Assembly (NCBI GenBank): GCA_040218735.1
Contig: JAVJQW010000067.1
Span: forward strand, 128,001-192,000
Length of the DNA stretch: 64,000 nt
Reading direction: 5' to 3'
DNA from: Deltaproteobacteria bacterium
GTDB lineage: Bacteria; Myxococcota; Kuafuiibacteriia; Kuafuiibacteriales; Kuafuiibacteriaceae
The notes below the pieces were generated by a model that worked only from the letters and a program-made list of their open reading frames with translations, did no database searches and was not told the DNA's origin. This document shows, piece after piece, positions 40,127 to 49,010 of this stretch (the stretch's first letter is position 1; each line of letters starts with the position of its first letter). The position numbers and the translations under genes were made by a program.

Positions 40127-41290
40127 ATGGACGAGATCACGGACTATCCGCGGCTCGCGAGTTTCTGCGACGGCGCGAACCCAGCGGGGATGAGCCGCGA
40201 GCAGATCTACGAAAACTGCGTAGATCTCTGGCAGGCGTTCTACCCGACGACCTCGATCCTGGTCGGACTCGGAATCCTCGCCGCCGTCTCACTGATCTAC
40301 ATGATCATCTTCCGCGTCGCGCGCGGCGACGCGACGGGGACGACGGTCGCGACGTGCTTCGAAGTCATCTTCTACGTCCCGGGCGCGGCCTACGCCGGAG
40401 CGTCGGGTGGGTTGTTGCTCGCCCAGCTCCTCCATCCCTTCGCGGCGGCCAGCCTCATCTTCCTCGCCGTCGCGGTCGCGCTGTTCATCATGGTGAAGGG
40501 TTTGATCGACGCCGCCTCGTCTTCGACCAGCGTCGGCGGCGGGTGGATCTTCCTCGGTATCGTGGAGATCGTCCTGGTCGCCGGAGCCCTGGCGGTCACG
40601 GCGGCCTTCGCGGCGGCGGTGAACGAGACCAACGCGGCCGCTGAGTACGAAACGTACTACCAGTGGATGTATTACACGTTCGGGGGCATCGCGGCGATCC
40701 ACGCGCTGTACATCACGAGTTACCGTTCGTTCCACGCCGGCATCGCGTGGCTACTCATCCCGCTGGGCGCGACTTGGGGGCTCATCGGGACACTCCTCGG
40801 GACGTTCCACCACATCGCTTCGAGCCGCTTCAAACCGAACCACGGACAGCCGGCCCATGGGTTGCGCAGCCTCTATACGAAGTACACCAGTGGGTTCAAT
40901 CTCAAGGGTTCGTTCGGCTTCACGCTGGGTTCGACGATGTTTCCCGGCGGCGTCGAAAAACACGAATCGATTCACGTCCTGCAGCACTTCGTGTTCGGGC
41001 CGAGCTTCGAGCTGACCTACATGCTGTGGGCGATCGTGTTCTTCATCCCCGCGCTGATCGCCTCCCCCATCGTTGGGTACGACGTCGGCAAGGGCATCGA
41101 GGCCTACTGCTACTACAACAACCCCTGGGAGACGATGGCCTACGCCGTCGACGGCGCCGGGAAACCGGTCTCGCGCAAGAAGATGATCTTCAACGATCAC
41201 CTGCGTTGGGCATTGGCGGTCATCTGGTGGCAAGCCGGTGCCATCGGGTTGGTCATCTTCGCACTGTTCCGCGCGAAAGCGTTCGGCTGA
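40127..41290 (+). CDS. Multi-pass membrane protein with HExxH zinc-metallopeptidase-like motif
   Basis: About 8 hydrophobic segments; KHESIHVLQH with downstream YYNNPWETMAY (candidate third-ligand Glu). Confidence 0.75.
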   Translation: MDEITDYPRLASFCDGANPAGMSREQIYENCVDLWQAFYPTTSILVGLGILAAVSLIYMIIFRVARGDATGTTVATCFEVIFYVPGAAYAGASGGLLLAQLLHPFAAASLIFLAVAVALFIMVKGLIDAASSSTSVGGGWIFLGIVEIVLVAGALAVTAAFAAAVNETNAAAEYETYYQWMYYTFGGIAAIHALYITSYRSFHAGIAWLLIPLGATWGLIGTLLGTFHHIASSRFKPNHGQPAHGLRSLYTKYTSGFNLKGSFGFTLGSTMFPGGVEKHESIHVLQHFVFGPSFELTYMLWAIVFFIPALIASPIVGYDVGKGIEAYCYYNNPWETMAYAVDGAGKPVSRKKMIFNDHLRWALAVIWWQAGAIGLVIFALFRAKAFG

Positions 41291-41333
41291 GCCCGTTGCG
41301 AGGGGTTTCGGCAGCGGGTAGAACGAGCGCGAA

Positions 41334-42542
41334 ATGACCGCGAAGACCGTCGACGTCACCGTCGTTCCGGAGTCCATCGAAGTCGAAGTCGGATCGGCGC
41401 CCACCAAGGTCGCCTTCTCGGTCACCTACCAACACGACGAGCCGCTCGAGGCCCTCGTGAAGGTGCTCGGGAGTGACGGCTCGGTCGAATCGTGGGTCGA
41501 GCTCGAAGGCGCTCGCGAGCGCACGTTCACCAAGGACAGCACCACGCAAATCCTCGCGAACGTCTCCGTGCCGAGCAGCGCGAGCTCGGGTGAGTACAGC
41601 TTCAAGCTCGCGTTCGTCGGCGTGCGCAACCCAGACGAGGACTACACCGAGTCACCGTCGGTGCGCGTGAAAGCGCGGCAGCCCGCCGAGCGCCCGAGCA
41701 AACCGTTCCCGATCTGGATCCTCGCGCTCGTCGCGGTGCTCGTCATCGTGGTGGGTGTCGTCATCTTCTTCGTCGTGCGCGACACACGCGCCGGCATCCG
41801 CGAGTCCTGCGCCGACGGCGTGCAGTGCGCGGACGGCCTGACCTGCAACGACGAACAGATATGTCTGTTCGCCAACGGCGGGACCTGCGCCGACGGCAAC
41901 GACTGCCTCACCGGCTACTGCGGCGCCGAGGATCACGTCTGCGCCGACGAACCCGGACCGCCCGGCCTCGGCGAGGCGTGTGAATCGGAGTGCGCCGAGG
42001 GCCTCACGTGCGCGGACAAGAAGTGCCTCGGGACGCTCGGCTTCGCCTGCACGGCCAGCGAGGACTGCCACGAGATGGTTTGTGACAACAGCCAGTGCAG
42101 TCGCCTCGGGCAGAAGTGCACCAACGACGCGAGCTGCGGCGAGGCGCGCCTGATGTGCTCGTCACTCGGCACCGAGCGGCGCTGTCTCCTGAAGGAAGGC
42201 CAGCCCTGCCACGAGCTCGGCGCCGCCCTCTGCGACTCCCAACAGTGCAGCGGCGACAAGTGCGTCGCGCCGACGCGGTGCCGCAACAACACCCACTGCG
42301 AGAGCGACGAGAGCTGCGTCTCGGGCTTCTGTTACACGAAGCCGAACATGAGCTGCAGCGGCAACGACGTCTGCCTCCGCTTCATGTGCGTGGAAGGGAA
42401 GTGCCCGACCTATACGTGCACGACGGCCCGCAAGTGCCCGGCGACCTACGGCTGCTCCAACGGTCGCTGCGTCCGCCGCCGCGCGGTCAAGACGGACCTC
42501 CTCGAACGCCTGAAGCTGAAGAACTGGAAGGGCTCGCTCTGA
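41334..42542 (+). CDS. Bitopic membrane protein: N-terminal Ig-like domain, single TM, C-terminal Cys-rich repeat region
   Basis: No signal peptide; beta-rich N-terminal ~115 aa (VSVPSSASSGEYSFKL..V...NPDEDYTESPSV); KPFPIW + TM; many C-x(3-5)-C repeats. Confidence 0.8.
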   Translation: MTAKTVDVTVVPESIEVEVGSAPTKVAFSVTYQHDEPLEALVKVLGSDGSVESWVELEGARERTFTKDSTTQILANVSVPSSASSGEYSFKLAFVGVRNPDEDYTESPSVRVKARQPAERPSKPFPIWILALVAVLVIVVGVVIFFVVRDTRAGIRESCADGVQCADGLTCNDEQICLFANGGTCADGNDCLTGYCGAEDHVCADEPGPPGLGEACESECAEGLTCADKKCLGTLGFACTASEDCHEMVCDNSQCSRLGQKCTNDASCGEARLMCSSLGTERRCLLKEGQPCHELGAALCDSQQCSGDKCVAPTRCRNNTHCESDESCVSGFCYTKPNMSCSGNDVCLRFMCVEGKCPTYTCTTARKCPATYGCSNGRCVRRRAVKTDLLERLKLKNWKGSL

Positions 42543-43342
42543 GCGGCGCGGCCGACCGGCTGCGTACGCCGTTCTACATCGCCGCGCTGGTGATCTTCGC
42601 CTTTGCGTGGCTCCTCGAGAGCGGCTCGGCCGCCGGCCTCTCTGCCTCCCCGCCCCAGGGCGGCGCGCTCTACACCTCACTGAAGGGGAGCGTGCAGAAG
42701 TACGCCGACGACCTCGACGAAGACGAGGTCGAGGAGGAGACGAAGAACGCCATCGCCACGCTCCGCGCCGCGGACCCGCCGCCGGGGTTGGCGATCAGCT
42801 ACCTCGGCGTGTTGGACCTGATGGTCCTCGCGACGATCTTCTTCATGGGCGCGGGGATGCTCTTCCGCTTCCGGTCGTGGGGCCGCGTGCAGGCGCTCGC
42901 GTCGCTGATCCTCGGCGTGTTGGTCCTGCTCGCGGGAATCGCCCTGCTCTTCAAGGCGATCGGGCTGCTATTCCTGATGGTCGGGCTGTTTCTCGCGACG
43001 CCCTTCGGGACCATCGCGTACATCGCGACCTACGGCTTCTTCCCCACCGGCACGGCCAAGGCGATCCTCGGCTCGGCGCTGTTCCTGAAGGTGATCGCGG
43101 GCGTCTGCCTCGTGCTCGCGCAGCAGCGGATGTTGAAGGCAAAGGCCCTCGTCGCGATCATCCTCTCGTCGCTGCTGGGTTCGGTCATCATCAGCTTCTT
43201 ACACGGCATCGTGCCGGGCTTCCTCGTGAGCATCACGGACGCGATCGCGGCGATCGTCGTCATCATCATCGCGCTGATCTGGGCGGTCCTCCTGATCGTC
43301 TTTGCGATCATCGGACTGGTGAAGGGCCTCTCTAGGGATTGA
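42539..43342 (+). CDS. Multi-pass membrane protein (6-7 TM), CIS-locus associated
   Basis: Hydrophobic C-terminal part of ORF 42095..43342 (PPGLAISYL, PFGTIAY, SFLHGIVPGFLVSITDAIAAIV). Proposed start is CTG at 42539 overlapping the upstream TGA; the alternative is GTG at about 42588. Confidence 0.75.
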   Translation: MSGAADRLRTPFYIAALVIFAFAWLLESGSAAGLSASPPQGGALYTSLKGSVQKYADDLDEDEVEEETKNAIATLRAADPPPGLAISYLGVLDLMVLATIFFMGAGMLFRFRSWGRVQALASLILGVLVLLAGIALLFKAIGLLFLMVGLFLATPFGTIAYIATYGFFPTGTAKAILGSALFLKVIAGVCLVLAQQRMLKAKALVAIILSSLLGSVIISFLHGIVPGFLVSITDAIAAIVVIIIALIWAVLLIVFAIIGLVKGLSRD

Positions 43343-43724
43343 TGCGGATCTGGCAGGTGCCCGCCGGCGGCTTCAGCGTGAGCGTCGCCCCGGCCTCGGA
43401 CACGTAGACGTCCTTCGGTTTGGCGTCGAGCCGCACATCGTACGCGGTGCTCCCGTCGCTCGGTGCGAATCGGACGCGCTTCTTCTTGCAGGCCTTGTTG
43501 CCCACGAGCGTCGCGCGCGCGTAGCCGTCGCCCTTGGCGATGCGGCACACGGTCACCAGCGGATCACACCCGGAGCCGAGGCGACCTTCGTCGACGGGCG
43601 ACGACATCAGCGCCAGCAGGCGATCGCGCATCGCGGTCTCGTCGTCGTCGTCCGTGGGCCACGCCATGCCCACCACGAACAGCGCGACGAGCAGTACGAC
43701 CACCCCGAGCAGGACCCACTTCAC
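43332..43724 (-). CDS. Small membrane-anchored/exported protein, last gene of the CIS operon
   Basis: N-terminal hydrophobic helix MKWVLLGVVVLLVALFVVGMAW, 4 Cys; GTGA overlap with the tail gene. Confidence 0.7.
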   Translation of the reverse strand: MKWVLLGVVVLLVALFVVGMAWPTDDDDETAMRDRLLALMSSPVDEGRLGSGCDPLVTVCRIAKGDGYARATLVGNKACKKKRVRFAPSDGSTAYDVRLDAKPKDVYVSEAGATLTLKPPAGTCQIRINP

Positions 43725-44203
43725 CGTTCGACCTCCACGACCTCGAACGTAGCGTACGCCGGCTTCTCGCGCGCGACGATGCGACGCACGCGCTCGACCT
43801 GTCCCGCCGCGGCGGTCGGCACCTCGACGACCAGGTGGAACGGCTGGTCCTCAGGCTCACGGACCACGAAGCCGCGGACGTCGGTCGCGACTTCGAGGTG
43901 CTGGACCAACGCCCACGCGGTGCCGCGGTAGCGCGACAACACCGCGGCGCGCGCGACGAGCGCACGGGTGGCCGCGGTGGACACACCGTCGTTCGGATCC
44001 ACGCCGACCCAGTACGCCAGCATGCGAACGAGGTCTTCGTCGGCGCGCTGCGGATCGAAGGCTTCGTCGAGGCGGTCGAGGGTCTCGACGGTCGGCGTGT
44101 GCATCGCGGACATCACGCCGACGAGGGTGTCGAGCGGGTCGTCACGCGAGGCTGCGCGACGAATGACGTCCGGCAGCAGCCGAAAGATCTCAGTCGGCGT
44201 CAT
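43721..44203 (-). CDS. CIS baseplate wedge / phage tail protein (P2 gpI / Tail_P2_I-like)
   Basis: FDPQRA..D.V..LA.WVG, YRGT...L...LE, VRRIV.REKPA motifs; follows baseplate J. Confidence 0.85.
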   Translation of the reverse strand: MTPTEIFRLLPDVIRRAASRDDPLDTLVGVMSAMHTPTVETLDRLDEAFDPQRADEDLVRMLAYWVGVDPNDGVSTAATRALVARAAVLSRYRGTAWALVQHLEVATDVRGFVVREPEDQPFHLVVEVPTAAAGQVERVRRIVAREKPAYATFEVVEVER

Positions 44204-46775
44204 CGCGGCTCACCACGTCGATCTGATGTTCACCCGAGCAGAACAGCCACGTCGGCGGGAGGTGCACGATGTCAGCGTCCTCCAGGCTCGACGTCCACAC
44301 GAACGAGGTCCCCTCGTCGCGGCTTCGGTACACCCCGCGCTGCGCGCCCGCGAGGATCGTGCGACCACCCGCGGCCACCGCGTAGATCGGCTCGAAGAGG
44401 CGGTCCGCCGTCTCGAGCGCCAGCCCCGACTCCAGGCTCGGCGACTGCCACGCGACGTCGCGCCGACGTGCGTTCAGGCGGAGCACGCCGCCGCGGTACG
44501 TCCCGGCGACGACGGTCGCGGTCTCGGCGTCCTCACCGAGGAACGCGAGGGAGAGGCAGCTCCCGCCCGTCCACCCCGCGCCGAAGTGCACCCACCCCTC
44601 GGGGGCCATGCCTTCGCCGGTGAGCTCCCAGGCGTAGCAGCCCTCGCCGTCGTCGCGGCGACCGTGCGCGGCGAGGCCCGCCCACAGGAACGAGCGAGGA
44701 CCGTCGCGCTGGACGGCGAGCACCCGCACGTCCTTGTTCGCGAGGCCGATGTTGGTGAACGTCCCGGGGCGACCGGCGCGCACCGAGAGCAGCACGCCGC
44801 CAAGCTCGGTGCTCGCGACCGCGACCTTCACGTCCCCGCGGGTGTCCGTCACGCTCGAGACGGCCCAGAAGCCGGCGTCCGGTTGGCCCTCGACGACGAG
44901 CACCTGCAGCGGGACGGCGTCGCGCTCGGTGGTCACCTCGTACAGGCCCTCGTCGGTCGCGATGAGGAGCACCGGATCCCCGCCGCGCAGCGTCCACGCG
45001 AGATCGTTGGCGCGCGGCATCACCTGTCGTGATTCGCTGAACGTCTCACCCGCGTCGTGCGAGAAGCGAATCGTCGTCTGCTCGCCCTCGCGTACGCCGA
45101 CCGCGAGGAGGCCCGGCACCGTCTCGTGCCGAACGACGTGTTCGATCTTGGCGCCCTCGACGCGCTGGACGACCTCCCAGCTCGACGCGTCGTTCATCGT
45201 CCGGAACAGCGACACCCCGTCCGCCGCGAACCAAGTCCGCGGTTGCGCGGGATCACGCTCCACGACCTCCGTGTGCACCGGCGCCTCGTCGATCGCGAAC
45301 CGCACGTTGTCGACGTAGCTGACGCCCGGCTCCGCCAACACGATGCGCCACACGTGCGCGAGTCGGAGCGGCTCTCCGAACGCCCAGCCCGAGCCCTCAC
45401 CGTACGGGAGCGGGTTGATCGTCTCGTGCAGGCGCTGCGTCACACGGCGCTGCAGCGCGACGAGATCTTCGCCCGGGTGCGCGACCACGCGGGCCTGCAC
45501 CGCGACGCGTTTGTGCGGGGCCCACTTCACGTCGACGTGCGTCGCGAGCGGGCGGCGTGCGTCGAGCGCTTGTTTCACACGCACCCGGAGCTCTTCGCTC
45601 TGCTCCGCGAGCAGCGCGTCGTGGGTGACGGCCGACGGCGGCTGCGGCGGATCGCGTTCCTCGAGGTCCGGGACGAGCAAGACCTCCACCGTCCCCGCGC
45701 GGGCGTGTCGCCAGACCTCCGCGGCGGTCATCGCCTTGGCCCGCCGGATGTCGCGTGAGGTGCGGCGGACGATCGTCTCGAAGTCACCCGCCGTCACGGC
45801 GCGGTCGAGCGACCGCAGCTCGAGGGGGCCTCGCAGCAACGCGTTCTCGACGGGCTCACGCGTCCGTCCGCCGCGCGCGCGGGTTCGGTTGGTGACCTTC
45901 ACCGCAGCACCGCCGGGGAGCGGGTCCAGGAGGTCCGTCAGGACCCCCTCGGTCACGTTGCCGTCCGAGCCTCCGCCTCTCCAGTACCAGGCGCGTATCT
46001 CGCGCTCGAGCGGCGGGACGGCGGCGACGGGGTCTTCGCGGATCGCACCGTCCGCGGCGCGGCGCCCGACCGCCGGGGCGAACGTGACAAGGCCCGAGGC
46101 GCGGTCGAGGAGGAAGACGCGGTCCGTCGGTTCGACGTTCGCGAACGACCCCACCTCTCGGTAGAGCAGGAACGCCTTGTCGGAGAACTCACGCGCCGGG
46201 GCGCCGTCGAGGATCTCGGAGGGATCCGTCTCGACGCCGATGACGAACGGGAGCGCGTCGCTGCGTCCGACGATCGCGTCGTCGGCCACGCGCACCGCCT
46301 GGCCGGCTCGCCCCGTCCCCATCCCGACGAGGCGCCCGACCTCGTAGCTCGCGTGGTACGCGACGACATCGACGGCCAGCTCCCCCGCGGCGATGCGCGC
46401 GTCCTTCGCGACGGTGAAGATCAGCGGCTCTCCGCTCGATCCCCCCTCGGCCGTGATGCGTGTGCCGAGCGGAATGTCGACGGGGGTCTCCTGGGCGGCT
46501 TCGAGCGTGAAACGAACGAGCGTGTGCGCGGGCGTCGCGGCCCACCGCTGCACGCCGATGAGGTTGAGGAGCGCGACGTAGACCTTCTCGGGGATGCGGT
46601 TGAGTCGGTAGAGCGTCGTCTCCGTGAGGTGCGCGAACACCTCGACGAGGATCATCCCCGGGTCGTGCACCGAGAGGTCGGTCCACTCCGGGCAGCGCCG
46701 TTGAATCAGCGCGCGCGCCTCGCGGACGAGCTGCTCGAAGTCCCGGTCGTCGAGGTTGGGGGACGGGAGCGCCAT
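44190..46775 (-). CDS. CIS baseplate J-like assembly protein (Afp11/Pvc11-like) with inserted beta-propeller
   Basis: MALPSPNLDDRDFEQLV..A...I..RCPEWTD.S.HDPG..LVE.FA; GGG..GNV; RAVTAGDFE; INPL....GWAFG; terminal LFCSGEHQI. ATG at 46775. Confidence 0.92.
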   Translation of the reverse strand: MALPSPNLDDRDFEQLVREARALIQRRCPEWTDLSVHDPGMILVEVFAHLTETTLYRLNRIPEKVYVALLNLIGVQRWAATPAHTLVRFTLEAAQETPVDIPLGTRITAEGGSSGEPLIFTVAKDARIAAGELAVDVVAYHASYEVGRLVGMGTGRAGQAVRVADDAIVGRSDALPFVIGVETDPSEILDGAPAREFSDKAFLLYREVGSFANVEPTDRVFLLDRASGLVTFAPAVGRRAADGAIREDPVAAVPPLEREIRAWYWRGGGSDGNVTEGVLTDLLDPLPGGAAVKVTNRTRARGGRTREPVENALLRGPLELRSLDRAVTAGDFETIVRRTSRDIRRAKAMTAAEVWRHARAGTVEVLLVPDLEERDPPQPPSAVTHDALLAEQSEELRVRVKQALDARRPLATHVDVKWAPHKRVAVQARVVAHPGEDLVALQRRVTQRLHETINPLPYGEGSGWAFGEPLRLAHVWRIVLAEPGVSYVDNVRFAIDEAPVHTEVVERDPAQPRTWFAADGVSLFRTMNDASSWEVVQRVEGAKIEHVVRHETVPGLLAVGVREGEQTTIRFSHDAGETFSESRQVMPRANDLAWTLRGGDPVLLIATDEGLYEVTTERDAVPLQVLVVEGQPDAGFWAVSSVTDTRGDVKVAVASTELGGVLLSVRAGRPGTFTNIGLANKDVRVLAVQRDGPRSFLWAGLAAHGRRDDGEGCYAWELTGEGMAPEGWVHFGAGWTGGSCLSLAFLGEDAETATVVAGTYRGGVLRLNARRRDVAWQSPSLESGLALETADRLFEPIYAVAAGGRTILAGAQRGVYRSRDEGTSFVWTSSLEDADIVHLPPTWLFCSGEHQIDVVSRDDAD

Positions 46776-47233
46776 CAGCGTCGTTCTCCGAATAGAGCGA
46801 GCGTGTACATGAGCGTGTCGGTCTCCTGCGTGGGGCGGACGCGGTAGTCGAGGATGACGTGGAGCTCGCCGAGATCCTCCTGCGCGCCGCCGGCGTTCGT
46901 GGCGAGCGGGTCGGAGCGCGTCGCGTCGAGGCGGAGGATCTCCACCCGCGGCTCCCACCGCGTGATCGCCTCGCGCACGTAGTGCATCGCGAGCCCGGCG
47001 GTCGTGTCGTCGTTCGGCGCGTAGACGAGGCGCGACAAGTAGCAGCCGTAATGGGGTCGCATGACGCGCTCGCCGGGGAGCGTAGTGAGGAGGATCAGAA
47101 GGGCCTGGCGCACCGAGGCCTTGTCATCGACGAAGCGCAGCCGCCCGGTGCGATCCGCCGACAGCCCCATCTCCTGACGGCCCCGTGCGAAGTCGGGGTG
47201 CACGAGCTCGAGCGCGCGGAAGCGACGTTTCAT
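46775..47233 (-). CDS. GPW/gp25 family baseplate protein (Afp9-like)
   Basis: SVRQAL.ILL.T.PGERVMRP.YGC.L; AITRWEPRVEI. ATG 47233 with ATGA overlap. Confidence 0.92.
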   Translation of the reverse strand: MKRRFRALELVHPDFARGRQEMGLSADRTGRLRFVDDKASVRQALLILLTTLPGERVMRPHYGCYLSRLVYAPNDDTTAGLAMHYVREAITRWEPRVEILRLDATRSDPLATNAGGAQEDLGELHVILDYRVRPTQETDTLMYTLALFGERR

Positions 47234-47565
47234 GCGTCCGACCCCACGAAGTTCTGGCCGGGTGCCTCGACGAGGTACTCGGCCGGGAACAGGGTGCCGT
47301 CGGTGGAGCCGCGTAGGTTGTCGAGCACGATCGGCCGGCCGTCGATACGCACGAACGCGGAGTATCCGCGGCGCGCGACCAGGGTGAGCGTGCACGGTTT
47401 GTTCGGGGTCGCGACGGGGCAGCGCGAGATCGGGCGCTGCTCCGGGTCGGACCGTACGAGGACGCTGCGCCCCTCGATCGTCACCCAAGATTGGTGCGGA
47501 TCGATCCCCACCTCCCCGGTCGCGTGGGTGCAACGAATCGTGGCGTCTTCGGTGATGACCTTCAT
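47230..47565 (-). CDS. PAAR-like spike tip protein
   Basis: 111 aa between VgrG-like and gp25 genes; CTH..G, V.IEGR.VL, CP..PC, VRIDGRPIVL pattern. Confidence 0.72.
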   Translation of the reverse strand: MKVITEDATIRCTHATGEVGIDPHQSWVTIEGRSVLVRSDPEQRPISRCPVATPNKPCTLTLVARRGYSAFVRIDGRPIVLDNLRGSTDGTLFPAEYLVEAPGQNFVGSDA

Positions 47566-47567
47566 GC

Positions 47568-49010
47568 TCAGCCTTGCTCGAAGTCGATCGCGTCCGCGAG
47601 CAGCACCATGCGGCGGCCCGGTGCGGCAATGCGGAGGTCGGTGGAGGAGTGGAGGAGCGTTTCGTCCTCGTTCATCTCGAGGTGCGTACCGCGACCGTCG
47701 TCCACGCGGACGACGCCGCGGTCTGCGTCGAGCTCGACGACCTGCCCCGCGTGCGTCGTCCACGCGTAGCGGTGGTTCTTGCCGCCGGAGGTCCCGGAGG
47801 ACGGCGCTTCGTTTCGACCGTAGAGGCCGCCGAGCACCACCGCGTTGGCGAGGTCACCGCGCGGCGCGAGGATGAGCACGACATCCTCCTCGTCGGGCAT
47901 CGTAACGAACCCCTTGCGCGCGCCGCCGCCCGGCAGACAAACCGGGAGCCACGGCGTCTGGACGTCGGCGGTCGCGGTGAGGCGCACGCGCACCCGGCGG
48001 CGCGCCTCGGGATCTTCGACGTCACAGACGACGCCGCTGGCGAGGGTCGTCGCGCGGTCGAGCTCGAAGGTCGGAGGCGGGCTCGAGTCGATCTCGGTGA
48101 CGAAGCCGAGGTGATGATCGACCCGGTGGACGACCGCGGTCATCACGAAGGTCTCGTCGTCCCCGACCCCTTCGACGTCGACGGCGTCGCCGGGTACGAG
48201 CTCTGGATCACCTTCGACCACGGCCTTCAACACCCGCGCGCCGAGACGCGAACGCGCTCGTGCCGCGACCGCCATCGCGCGGACCTCGCCCTCCGCGCGG
48301 GCGAGGCCGTCGACGTGGTGCTGTGTGCCCTCCGGGAGCGTGGTGTCCCGCGCCGAAGCGTGGTGCGCGGAGGCGTCGTCGAGCGACGCGCCCCAGGCGA
48401 CGTGCTCCCCGAAGACCTCGTGGACGTTCGTCTCGACCGACGCTTCCAGGAGGTTGTCACCCGCCCGCAAGGTGGCTTGCACGATGTGTTCGTCGAGGTC
48501 GATGAGCTCGACCTCCCGACCGTCGGCCCGCAGGTAACGGCCGACGCGCGCGGCCTCGTGTACGAGGAGGGTCAGATCGTCGACGTCGTGCTGGACGATC
48601 GACGCGCGCACCGGCGCGCGGCCCGAAGTCGCGAGGGTGCAGCCGGCGGCCGACAGGAGCCCCTCGGCGAGACGGAACAGATCCGTCTCGGTAAACAGGC
48701 GCACCGGGCGGTGACGGCGGAGGCGGTGCAGGCGGTCGTACGCGCGCACCACGAAGCGGCGTTGTCCACCGGGGCCGAGCTCGACGCGAGTCGCGGTGAC
48801 TTCGCCGACGAAGAGCGACGCCGCGTGCCCTTCGACGCGCACCTCGACGGGGCCGGCGGTCACCGAGGGGAGCGGTGCGTGCGGCGCGATCGCGTAGGTC
48901 AGCTCGAGCTGCGCCGGAACGGAGAGCGCGCGCCGCACGTAGACGTCGACCAGGGCGCCGTCGATGTCGAGGTCGACGGTGACCTTCGGAATCACGCGCG
49001 AGGTCGTCAC
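47568..49010 (-). CDS. VgrG-like spike / phage baseplate assembly protein V (Afp8-like)
   Basis: gp27-like hub region (RAYDRLHRL; Q...DDL.LL...A), OB-fold GVV.DVEDPE...RVRV, W.P....GG....G....P....VL, VVLGGLY. GTG at 49010. Confidence 0.9.
   Translation of the reverse strand: MTTSRVIPKVTVDLDIDGALVDVYVRRALSVPAQLELTYAIAPHAPLPSVTAGPVEVRVEGHAASLFVGEVTATRVELGPGGQRRFVVRAYDRLHRLRRHRPVRLFTETDLFRLAEGLLSAAGCTLATSGRAPVRASIVQHDVDDLTLLVHEAARVGRYLRADGREVELIDLDEHIVQATLRAGDNLLEASVETNVHEVFGEHVAWGASLDDASAHHASARDTTLPEGTQHHVDGLARAEGEVRAMAVAARARSRLGARVLKAVVEGDPELVPGDAVDVEGVGDDETFVMTAVVHRVDHHLGFVTEIDSSPPPTFELDRATTLASGVVCDVEDPEARRRVRVRLTATADVQTPWLPVCLPGGGARKGFVTMPDEEDVVLILAPRGDLANAVVLGGLYGRNEAPSSGTSGGKNHRYAWTTHAGQVVELDADRGVVRVDDGRGTHLEMNEDETLLHSSTDLRIAAPGRRMVLLADAIDFEQG

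Noticed and set aside
42095-42538. N-terminal extension of the membrane protein as given in the ORF track, or a frameshift fusion with the upstream gene
   Set aside because: It overlaps the Cys-rich gene in another frame and reads as Arg-rich noise; no slippery sequence is evident.
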